Shown here in pieces: positions 12,767 through 24,028 of a DNA stretch of 64,000 nt. The DNA comes from Vicugna vicugna (taxonomy: Eukaryota), in assembly GCA_013265495.1 (NCBI GenBank), contig MU061579.1, positions 420,872 through 484,871 of the forward strand. The letters are read 5' to 3'. The notes beneath the pieces were generated by a model. It was given only the letters and a program-made list of their open reading frames with translations, did not search any database and was not told where the DNA came from. The position numbers were made by a program, and so were the translations under genes. Numbering within the stretch: position 1 is the stretch's first letter; every line of letters begins with the position of its first letter.

Positions 12767-13662
12767 ATGAAGAAGCAGAGGAACCACTCCCAATTAAAAG
12801 ATTAAGAGAAATCCCCTGAAAGCATAATCAAGGAAATAGACATTGATGGCCTACTAGATCAAGTTTTCAAAAAAAGGAGTGATCAAAGTACTGAAAGAAC
12901 TAAAAGAAATAGTGTTTAGAGATGTAAAGTATGTCAAAAATGAAACAGAAGCTATCAAGAACCAAGTACAATTAGTAAACTCATTTGCTGAGATGAGAGC
13001 TGACCTAAAGGCTGTATGAAGCAGACTAGCTAATGCAGAGGAACAAATAAGTGACCTAGAAGACAGGACAACAGAAAGCACCCAATCAGAACAGCTGAGA
13101 GAAAAACAAATAAAAAACAATGAAAACAATATAAGGGACGTATGGGATAATATAGAGCGTGCCAATCTACGCATAATAGGGCTTCCAGAAGGGGAAGAAA
13201 GAACAAAGGGGATTGAGAAAGTATTGGAAGAAGTCATGACTGAAAACTTCCCAAACCTAAAGAAGGAATCAGATATCCAAGTACAGGAGGCTCAGAGGGT
13301 CCCAAACAGGAAGAACCCAAACAGACTCACACCAAGACATATCATAATCAAGATGGCCGGAGTCAAGGATAAAGAAATGATCCTAAAGGCAGCAACAGAA
13401 AAACAAAGAGTGAGTTACAAGGGAACCCCCTTAAGGCTCTCAGCTGAATTCTCTACACAAATACTACAGGCCAGAAGGGAGTGGCAAGATATTTTCAAAG
13501 TCCTGAATGAAAAAAAGATGCAGCCTAGGATACTCTATCCAGCAAGGCTATCCTTTAAAATAGAAGGGGAGATTAAAAAAAAACTTCACAGACAAGCAAA
13601 AACTAAAAGAGTTTAGCAACACTAAACCCATGCTAAAAGAAATATTCACAGGTCTACTCTAA
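12767..13662 (+). pseudogene. L1 ORF1p (RNA-binding protein), disrupted
   Basis: ATG 12767 (MKKQRNHSQLKD*), premature TAA 12803-12805; ORF 13224-13616 has ENFPNL, QVQEAQRVP, TPRHIIIK, ARREW, ILYPARLSF; frameshift at the A-run ~13575-13583; ends GLL* at 13662. Confidence 0.93.
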
Positions 13663-13801
13663 ATAGAAAAGAAGCAGGATGCTACAAAAATGATAAACTC
13701 ATAAGTGGAAAGGATAACTGCCATGAATTACAAAAAGAATAAACACAAAACTGTAAAAGAAGACATCTAAATCATTAAGAGTGGGAGAGTGAAGCAAGGA
13801 A

Positions 13802-14172
13802 AGCCACTGTGGAAAACAGTATGGAGATTCTCCAAAAGACTAGGAATAGACTTACCATATGACCCAGGAATCCCACTCCTGGGCATATATCCAGAAGGAA
13901 CCCTACTTCAAAATGACACCTGCACCCCAATGTTCATGGCAGCACTATTCACAATAGCCAAGACATGGAAACAACCTAAATGTCCATTAACAGATGACTG
14001 AATAAAGAATAGGTGGTATATTTATATGATGGAATACTATTCAGCCACAAAAACCAACAACATAACACCATTTGCAGCAACATGAATGTTCCTGGAGAAT
14101 GTCATTGTAAGTGAAGTAAGTCAGAAAGAGAAAGAAAAATACCATATGAGATCACTCATATGAGGAATCTAA
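13802..14172 (+). pseudogene. L1 ORF2p C-terminal remnant
   Basis: [48 protein letters not shown]; no endonuclease or RT domain upstream. Confidence 0.92.
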
Positions 14173-14568
14173 AAAAAATAAATAAAATAAATACAAAACA
14201 AAAACAGACTCATAGACATAGAATACAAACTTGTGGTTGCCAAGGGGGCAGGGGTTGGGAAGGGATAGACTGGAATTTTAAAATGCAGAATAGATAAGCA
14301 GGATTATACTGTATAGCATAGGAAAATATATACAAGATCTCGTATTAGCTCATAGCGAAAAAAAATGTGACAATGAATATATATATGTTCATATATAACT
14401 GAAAAATTGTGCTCTACACTGGAATTTGACACAACATTGTAAAATGAGTATTACTCAATGAAAAAAATGTAAAAAAAAAAAGGAAAGGGGAAAAAAATTA
14501 GAACAATGCTTATGAGGATTTAATGTGATAATTAAAGATCTATTATAATTTAAAAAAAAAGAAAGGGG

Positions 14569-14877
14569 TACCTTTTCCAGAAATAAAGTCCATTTGGAAA
14601 GTAGAGATACATTCTTCCTTTTCTGGGACATCGATGCTAGTACTCCTTCCCTGGCATCAAGGCCATAACTGACTTGCTTTGTATGTGCTGATCTGCCTTT
14701 TTTGAAATCTTGAATGAATGTACCTCTTTTATATTTGACTTTCGATGTTTTTTTTTCTGACAAGATACAAAACTGTGCTGAAAACCATGCTTCTCTGGAG
14801 CAGTTCCTCAGAGCTATCTGAGAGGCTGTCTCCTGGGGTATAGTGGCTCAAATAAAATTCTCCTCTATTCTTCTTAT
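14569..14877 (+). mobile_element. Partial ERV1-like LTR (U3-R portion) within the L1 3' transduction
   Basis: ttctctggagcagttcctcagagctatctgagaggctgtctcc followed by AATAAA (14851-14856), typical of an LTR R region; ends in poly(A) rather than U5...CA. Confidence 0.6.
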
Positions 14878-16429
14878 AAAAAAAAAAGAAATCAATAATA
14901 TTATAGGATATAGTTTCTAAATATCTAGATTTATGATCAGAATAACTGAAAAATCTGTTTTATATCTCTCTTACATAATTGTAGCCTTTTAAAAATATAC
15001 AACTGTAAATTAAGCCATTCATTTTCATATATTTGTAAAAGGCAAGGTTATATCAATAACTGTATATCAGTTTACACATGTAACTTTAGATAAGCTATAT
15101 TTTCTTCTCTCTGTAATGCTCTGTCTTGTTTTGTATTTCTGCTTATTTCACCCAAATACTGGTCTCCTGTGTTTCTCAGCCTCTGTTTTCATGCTGGAAA
15201 CAGATTTCCTACCTTGATGAATGAGCTCTGCCAGAGCTTATGTACTTTGATGCCCTGGCACCTCTTGGAGTAATAATGAGAACTGTTGCGTCCTAATAGG
15301 CATTGCTGTTAACTCTGGTGAGAAAAGGGATTTTACAAGATGATTTATTGACTACACAAAATGATTCCAAAACTGATTTGCTGGCTGACAAGTAACAATA
15401 ATATTACCAGTTGATATTAAACTTACGTAAATAGAAAGTTAATATAAAAAAGCTGATTTAAAAGAATATTTCTGTGCTGACATATCTAAAATGAAAAGAT
15501 CTAAGTCCTGTATCTTAATGGCTTGCAGGCTTGAAAACCAACTGCATGTAACATGAGTAGCCAAATGCCCGATGGCTGTGATAGCTCATAGATAACCTTG
15601 AGAGAATAATTATCTACAGACCTGGCCAATTCCTTGCCTTGATTTATCTCATCCCAGCATTCTCCAAAGTTTGTGTTCCTATGCCTGTGATAATGGCATT
15701 TTTAAAATCAGAATACAACATGAAATGCCACGTACCCATCTATTAAATGTCTTGAACTACAGCCCAGCCTTCAGAGATAAGATAAAGTCTGAATATATTA
15801 AGCATACTATAAAAAGGATATTATTTCTTTGGTCTCTAAAGGTGGGTGAAAAATAAGTTTAACTTCCCACGGCATGATGTGTGGGTGGGTGTGTCCTACT
15901 GAATTCTGGCATTAGAGCTATGAGGTGATATATATATAACATGGATCAAAATTCCAAGAGGAAAAACAATTTATCCTGAATTCACAGAGCTATTAAATTT
16001 GGAATTAAAATCTAGGTCAGTCTAACTTTATAACCAATGCCCTTTCCACTATATTAATACAGGTATTAAAACTTTTGATTTAATGTTGTGATTATTATTG
16101 ACTTATTATGGAAAGAAAGCACAGATGTTACGAAAAAGCAGGTGTGAAAAACTAAATTTTTTTGCCTTTGACTTCTGTGGGATTCATCTAAAAAGAACGA
16201 AAACTAAACAAAATCAAGCATCTCCTTTCTGCATCAGTAAAGAGTACAAAAGCTTTTAAAGCATATTCTGTGAAGCAAAGTTCTTTGAAGTTTTCCATAA
16301 AGGAGGAGGTCTGGTGGTTTAGACACAGCATTTGACACTTCATGGCGCCCTCCTTGTACCTTTCATCCAGAGATGTTGTTTGGCAAAAGCCCTGACTGAC
16401 TCAAAATATGTTAACATGGAATCACTGGT

Positions 16430-16580
16430 CACATATATACTCTTCATTTTAGAGATGAGGTATTTGATGCCTAAAAGGAAGTGAACTATTTGAGCTTACC
16501 CAGACAGGTAGAGAGAGAGCGCTGGGACTCAGAGTTACGCTTCTGATTCCCTGAACAGAGCTCTTTGCACTTTACCAAGC
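16430..16580 (-). mobile_element. MIR SINE
   Basis: cattttagagatgagg...gaagtgaact...gctgggactcagag...ctgattcc...agagctctttgcac. Confidence 0.65.
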
Positions 16581-17539
16581 TGCTTTTCTGATATTTGACT
16601 AGCTTTGGAAATTGCAGATTCTAAAGGCTGTGAATCCAAATGCCTGTACATTTGGCTTTTCCTTTGTACATTTCATAATAGCTCAGTGGCTGTGGAGAAG
16701 GTAATCTGCTTCTCAGTGTGCCTGTTCTTTTACTACCGGCGATAATCTACTGAGTTCTGGGTTTCCCATAATATAAGCAACTCCCTTTGTGACTTTCAAT
16801 TGCTGTAGGTCTGTAATGGTGCTTGGCACTTTAATAATTAGTCTACAGGGAGCTTTAATAGAGTAGGGCAACTGTTTTAATTAACTTAATCCCCAGAACA
16901 TGAGTTGACCATTAGACATCAAATCACAGTTTAGCTCCAAGAGTATTTGAACTCTGAGGAAATCACATTTGTAACTACAGTGGGGATAACATTATCTCCT
17001 GTAATAAAACAATGCACTGCAGCTGATTTGGCTTCACTGGCCTCTGACACTGTGGTAAATGGAAGTCATTATTTCTATTGGAATGAATGTATAATGGAAA
17101 CAGCTTAAGAGTTTGGCTTTCGGTAATGTAGAAATGGTGTGTGCTGGCCTAATTCATGAGAAGCAAAAGACAAATAGAAAGGAAGGACGTTTTAAAACTT
17201 GCAGAGTGCATATTTTCAGCTGAGTAAAGAAATGCATATTGCAAAGCGACTTAGAAAGTTAATTTGGCTCAAAAAGAACAATATTGCAATAACGTGTCTT
17301 TATACTCTGATAACTTACTTTATGTTATTTTTTTAAACTGTAGGACTGACTATTTTAGTCTCTCGTTTATTCAGACACTTTTATTATACATACATTATGT
17401 ACAGAGAAAATGCTAAGGTGCAGAGGCCAGGAGGGAAAGTATTTGCAAGTATAATAAAATAAACTAGAGTTTACAAAATGTGTTTTCATCTACATAAAGG
17501 GATTATGTTCTACAACAAATTGAGAAGATTCGTTTCCCA

Positions 17540-17910
17540 CTGGTTCATGTATTCCTTTCTACATCCCATTTACAACTGGAACATCTATTATGCAAGGCAT
17601 GGTCCTAGGCCCTGGGGGATGGAAAGGAATAAGACACATAAGGTAACCTCCAAGAACTTAGAGCAAAGTGGATAGGACAAGCGAGCAAAGGGGCAATTAA
17701 ACGCTGTGTGATGAAGTTGGATAATAATGTTAATTACAGGGTGCTGCAGGAGGATATAGGAAGGACACATACTCACTCTTGAGATCCCAGAAATTTTTGT
17801 AGACAACATGCTACTTGGATTAAAAAGCTGAAGATCAAGAGACTATAGTCAGATCTAGAGTTGGGTAAAGTTGTTCCAGGAAAGAAGAGTAACCGTGCAA
17901 GGACACAGAT
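17540..17910 (-). mobile_element. L2 3' fragment
   Basis: catctattatgcaaggcatggtcctaggccctgggga, reverse L2 3' end. Confidence 0.6.
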
Positions 17911-18218
17911 TCAAGAGAGATTTTGCTTGGTTTTTTCATCTTAAAGAGATTCTCGCTGCTAGAATAGGAAGTGTGTAATAACTCTAAAGACAACGTGTGT
18001 TTTTGTTTTGTTTCAAATATTCTACTGCTTCCCAGATTTGTTGAAAATGTACTGGCCATGTTCATGCATGGTCCTAGGCAATTTCACGTGCATTGTATCT
18101 TTTTGTTCTCCAACCAAACCTCTGAATTAAGAAGATTCTACCTTAACCCTTTAAAGCATGCTTTCTATTGACATGTGTTACAGAATAACATCAAGAATAT
18201 TCAAACAAAAACAGAGAG

Positions 18219-18562
18219 GGCCAATGTTCAAATATATATCACTATATAAGTGAAGTTTAAAAAATAATGCAAAAGAATCTGAACACAAGCCAAAGACTCA
18301 CAGGCAAAGGAAAAAACAATTATGGTTACCAAAGGGATGAGAAGGCGGGAGGCATAAATTAAGAGCATGGGATCAGCAAGCTACCATACAGAAAAGAGAT
18401 AAGAAATGAGGATTTACTATACAGCACAGGGAACTGCACCCAATATCTTATAATAACTTATAATGGAATATAATCTGTGAAAAACAGAAAAAAAACTTGA
18501 ATCACTATACTGTACACCTAAAACTAATACAATATTGTAAATCAACTATACTTCAATTTAAA
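18219..18562 (+). mobile_element. 5'-truncated L1 3' end
   Basis: agactcacag...atggttaccaaaggg...actatacagcacagggaact...aatattgtaaatcaactatacttcaatt; TSD-like aaacaaaaa(a)cagagag on both sides, the right copy running into (GA)n. Confidence 0.9.
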
Positions 18563-19584
18563 AAACAAAAAACAGAGAGAGAGAAAGAAAAAGACAGAGC
18601 GAGAGAGAGAGATTCTCCTGCACGGAAGTGAATAATCAACATGCACCTTTCCTCCCTGACACTTTATAAAGGAGAGAATCAGTCTTTTCTATTTCAATAC
18701 AATGCTTCTTTGCAAGTTGGTTTTCCAAAGTAAGATGCAGACTTTGAGTGTTTTAGGGTAACCCTTGCACTTTTATCAAATTGTCCTATTGGAATTTTGG
18801 CGGCCTCTCAGAATCCCTGAAGTCCTTTATAGAGTGCCTTGAAACGTAACTCCAAATCTCTCCATGAATGCCCCTGAAGTATTCTTCAAAACATTCTTTA
18901 AAGTTACACTGTCATTTTAATGTTAAACTGTTGACATAACTACTAAAATAGTTAGAGCATTTTAAAAATTATGAACCAGTCGCTTAAAATTTGGAATTCT
19001 CTGTTTCTAAATACTCTTATCCAAGATATAGCCATGCTTCTATAGATTTCAGCTTCAGCCAGGATCGCATGACATATCTCCAGGTGCATCACAACAGAGG
19101 GGAAGGAGTAACCAAAACAGCCTTCTCCTCTGGCGTCAATGACCCTCTAGCCAGAAGCCCCATATTCCTTCTTGTCTCGGTCTGTTTTTAATCTGGGCAA
19201 TGCAAAGTGCAGTAATGTCCATCATCACAAGTCATTGAATCCATTGACATAATCTCTGTGCTTCAAGGACTCACAGGGACCTTTGAACTTCATTCAATAT
19301 GTGTTCTAAATTAGGATTACAGGTAATTTTTTTAGTCTTTTTTTAGAAGACTAAAAAAAGCTGGACTCAACCAACCTTGTATTTCTACTCTACCTGAGCA
19401 AATTGGATAAAGAAAAATAAAGATAATTTTAATAATTTTTTTTCTGGCATCATTCCCAGGTAAAACATTAAAATTGGCAAAGCACCTTCTTTTTTTAGGA
19501 GACAATGCACAAAGTCCAAATGACTATGTATGAGCCCACCACTCTGGTGTCCTTTCATTCACAGCCTACTCTTCCTGTCCCCAC

Positions 19585-20420
19585 ATTCATTTATTTTAGT
19601 CACTTAATAAGTATGTGTTGAGTGTCTGTTACATGTCCAGAGTGGTCCTAGGATATGGGGATATAGCAGGTATAAAGTCAGACAATATCTCTGTTTTAGG
19701 GGAGACAGATAGTAACCAATAAATAATAGATGATAAAAATATGTTAAGAGGTTCTAATGTGATGGCAAGATTGATATGGGAAGAGAATTAAGGAGTCTAG
19801 GGCAGAGGGTAAACATGGTGAGAAAGTGACATAGACATAGATATGCTTTGAAGAAGGGAAGGGGTTCACAAACAAGGGGATCTGAGGGAACACTCAGTGC
19901 GAAGGCTCTGAGGCAGAGAGTGAATTCCAGGAGCCTTATCGTTCTAGCATGTAGTGATCACCGAGGAGAGAAATAGGAGGTGACATTAGGAGGAAATGAG
20001 GGAACAGATTGTTCGGATCTGTGTAAGGTGTTGTAAAGACTTGGGCTGTTACTTTGTGAGAAAAATGGTTGGCATCCAATGGCATGAAGCAGACAAATGT
20101 CTTACTCTTTAAAAGAGACATTTTGGCCTCTGTGTTGAGAAGGGTTAGGAGGAAAAAAAGGATATGAACTGAAGACCAATTAGGAGACTATTGCCATAAT
20201 CCAGAGAGTGATACAGTGGGATATAGAGAAGTGTTCTGAATCTTTATTAAAGTAGAGATGATGTGATTTCTTAACTGATTGATACAGTGCATGAGAGAAA
20301 GGCGTCAAAGACATCTCCAAAGATTTGACTGAACATCTGGAAGGATAGTATTGACACTGAGTTGACAAAGACTATGGACATAGCAGATTAGGGAAATGTA
20401 CAGGAGCATGCTCTGCATAC
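19585..20420 (-). mobile_element. L2 LINE fragment
   Basis: cattcatttatt...gttgagtgtctgttacatgtccag; aattaggagactattgccataatccagagag; ggcgtcaaagacatctccaaagatttgactgaacatctggaagga. Confidence 0.85.
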
Positions 20421-20788
20421 CCTTTTCCCAGTTTACTGGAGCCTCTGTGCGATCACTCCTATACCAACCTGTAACATCTGGACCCTGTTCCTTCAAAGGT
20501 CCCAATTAGGTAATCTGAAAAAATTAAAATTGAGAGCCCCACCAAAATAACAAGAAAATTTGTCTTGAAAAGTCCTGTTGCCTCAGGCTGAATCATACCT
20601 TCATATTGTCCACAGAAGCCACAGATCTCTATTCCAATGAGCTATGTGAAAAGTAAACATCCTAGACCAGCTATTGTGTGAGAGCAGTGATAAAATAAGC
20701 TGACCTGTTTTGGAAAATCAGAATCTCAAGATGACACCTAAACCGTATTATGTGAGTAGCTTCCTACCTTGACCTTGAACGAAGCCAG

Positions 20789-21035
20789 CAGTGCCAACTT
20801 ACCCATTACACACAGTAAGCATAGCATCTGAGGACCCATGATAATTTTTTAAGCATGCACAACAATGCTGTAATTTACTGTAAAATCAGAAAGATAAATT
20901 AACCTAACCAACCTGATTATATTCATCTTTATACCAAAGTAATCATAAAATACAATTTTATTATTTATTTGAAGAAGGGGTTCACAAAGACAAAAAGCCT
21001 AGGACCTAGGACTCATAGCCATAATATGACACAGA
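20789..21035. mobile_element. Non-autonomous hAT-Tip100-type DNA transposon (ORSL-like, tentative)
   Basis: cagtgccaacttacccattacacacagtaagcatagc...gattatattcatctttatacc...caaaaagcctaggacc...cataat. Confidence 0.55.
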
Positions 21036-21989
21036 GATCCAGGCTTTACTGCAACTATTTTCCATACTACAGTCACCTAGTATGATTAAGTTTATTTTCT
21101 TACACCAGAACACTCAGCTCTATATCATCAGAGATCTGAAACTCCACATACCAAACTACTTCTTCAGAGGGATATTTGTTTTAAAAAGATGGTATGCTTG
21201 GTTTGTGAATATTGTCTATTAACTCTTGATTGCAGTACACATGTGTGCTAGAGATGTACAGAGAAACTTAATAATATTTTTCTCTTTCATAAACCAATGT
21301 GGTTCTCTTTTTAAAAAATAAATTCTTCTTTGATAGTCTCTGTTGAGGTTTGAATTTTGGAAATACAATTCGATAATCAAGGGAAATATTGTATAAAGGT
21401 ACTGGACCAGGGCAATCTAAAACAGCAGGTAAATTTAATCCCATGTCTGATACTCCACAGGATTGGCTAAGCTTTTGCTTACCTCAAGGACTCTGAAAAA
21501 GATTGATGGACAATAGCACAAATGAAAAACAAAATGAAACAGCAGTGCCAGATCTGTTTATTTTTGCAAAATGAGCCAAAAAAGATTTTTGATTGATTAA
21601 AAACAGCTGGCCACTCTTCAGTCACAGCTGTAATACTTAAGTGAAAGTGAATAATAAACCTAGGCAAAAAGTTAGGCTGTTCAACACTCTTCTGATTCAT
21701 TGAGAACCCTCTTCTGCTTTTACATTTTTGTTTTTGTTCTGTTTGCTTGTTAGTGCATCGATGGCAACATCAAGAATTAAGGCGTAAATCCATTGGATGA
21801 ACTTCCTAAAAATATTTGGAATGGACTGTCCAATGATAAAATGCCCTTGAATGCTCATTCTAGGTGCACAGGAAGGCCTGGAACAACATCCTGGACTGAA
21901 GCTCTGGGAGTTGGGGCAAGAAGATAAGAATATGCTGGGATTGCGGTGTAGCAGTGGAGTGTGGTTGAGATATTTATGAAAACTCAGGG

Positions 21990-22010
21990 TTCAGCACCAA
22001 GGACAGGGAC
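21990..22010 (+). promoter_or_regulatory. REST/NRSF binding site (RE1/NRSE)
   Basis: TTCAGCACCAAGGACAGGGAC versus consensus TTCAGCACCACGGACAGCGCC: both core half-sites perfect, canonical 2-bp spacer. Confidence 0.85.
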
Positions 22011-22187
22011 AAGAAAGCGAGTCGTTGAAAGGTCCAGTTAGTGGGCAAGAGATTTGAACAGCTGTAAACACAAATTGCTGTCTCACCTGATAGAGTCAGT
22101 CCCTTAAGGTACGAAATGTCCCTTAAAGCCATGCATTTACCTACACTCTTCCTTTCTGCTCTTTCCTCCTCTTTTCTTGTCCACTGT

Positions 22188-22440
22188 GAGAGGCAATATA
22201 GCCTGGTGGATAAGAAAGCTGACTCTGAACAGTTTTAAATTTAGGTTCTGATACTTACTGGCCTTGTACAGTTACCTAACCAGCATGGGTTTCCCACTAG
22301 AGCTTCCTTCAGTAAATAAGCACACCAAGAGGAAACACCTCACAGTTTTGTTCTGAAGTTTAAATTTGATCATTTAAAATCACCACTGAACTTGACACAG
22401 TACAAATGCTAAATGCATTTTAATTATTTTTATTACTGTT
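22188..22440 (+). mobile_element. MIR SINE
   Basis: gagaggcaatatagcctggtggataagaaagctgactctg...ttctgatacttactggcc...cctcacagttttgttctgaagtttaaat. Confidence 0.7.
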
Positions 22441-24028
22441 ATGCTCTTTGACAGGAAAAAAGACAGATTGACTTAAAAAAATTTACCACATACTTAAAAA
22501 AATTTAAAGTTTACTTTCACATGGGAATTAAGCTTTGATTCCTTACCTCTCTTAAATTTCCCATTTAACTCTTTTTTTGAGCCCACTAGCATTTATTAGG
22601 AATAACCTGTAAATTCTAATGACCTCAATCTTTTTACTTACTCTCCATAAAACAATACGTAATTTTTGCCAATATTTACTTGGCCTCTCTTTCTGCCACC
22701 CACTTGAATAGATTTAAAATCCTTTCGCTTTAACAATAGGTAGTTTGAACAATTGTTTTCCCAGAAGCCATCATTATCATAAATATCCCCAAATAGCTGA
22801 ATTGACATTTCTTGTCATTAAAGAAATAGTATTTGAAGATGAATACTAAATAGACTAATAACCATATGACACAATCAATGTGGTTAAATTTAATAACCTA
22901 TCTTCAAAAAAAATCACTCTGAAATTACTGTAGTACTTCTATGGTGTATCTACTCTTATAATTTGATTTTCACACTTCTATTCATTGAAAACCTTAGAAC
23001 TAAAATTTTTGACGAAAATAGGCTAAAATTCTCTGCTTCATTGCTTAATATCACATAAAAAGAAGATGAGCTGAGAAGAAAATACAATCTGTCTGAAGTA
23101 TGAGTTGCAAAACAGAAAACCATGCAAGGCCTGTATACTATTTCCTTTCCTTTGGCCAATACTTGGCATTTTATTTCCATGTCTGTGACTGTGTTTGACT
23201 TTAACTGCTTTGTTCATCTCAGCATTCTTTCTTGCACATTCTACTCATTCTCTCTCTCTCGGTTCTTGGCACTAATGCACCCTTAGGAAATGTTTGGAAT
23301 GCATGAATTATTGCAGTTCATTTGAGCTTATTTTTGGAGTGCAAATTATGTTTAGGCCCTGTGCTAAGAGCTGCACATAAGACAAAAATGGATCAAATCT
23401 CTGCCCTCAGTGTGCTTATATTGTCATATTGGTACAGTCGTAGCGTTTGTGATGCCAGGTGGCTTCCACCCAGAAGAGGAATTCACAGGCTTGAGAGTCT
23501 GTCATGAGGCTCTGGGATTCTGGGACCTGTGAGGATTTTCTCTGGAATGAGCGAAATAAATCCTTGTTACACTGCTCCCCTTTTACATACGGAGTTTTCT
23601 TGGAGGAAAACACAAAGGCCAAAGAATTCAGTTTCTGTGTCTAAGGGGAAAAAGTTCAAACTGCAAATCTTCTGCCAGATTGGTACAGAATGAGGAAGTG
23701 GCTGCTGAGATGTTGAGGTGAGGAATGTTAATGGTGCCAAGTTTTTGAAAAAATTACTGCAAACAAATTTTAAAATACAAATTTCCAGTTCACAGGTTGA
23801 AAACAAACACAGTCAAGGAGAGAGATAAGGAATGGAATTAAAATGACTCTGTGGGGTACTGTGAAAGATGTACTCTATTTGTGGCCCATGGAAATGTCTA
23901 TGGATTACATGACGTTTTGGGAAATTGTTCTCTTCTTTGTATGGTTTCACAGGGTATTGGAGTATATACGTAAATGTGAGTGTGTGTGCTTTGCCCAATA
24001 ATTCAAACTTATTAGAAGATTTTTTTTT

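Larger units (their letters stand above)
11423..14885 (+). mobile_element. Young L1 with full 5' UTR and ORF1, ORF2 almost entirely deleted, plus 3' transduced DNA
   Basis: Starts gagagaaacaagatggc (YY1-type); GC-rich 5' UTR; ORF1; spacer joined at ~13801 to the last ~120 codons of ORF2; 3' UTR and A-tract at 14461-14481; extra ~400 bp; poly(A) 14878-14885; TSD aagaaatca at 11414-11422 and 14886-14894. Confidence 0.92.
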
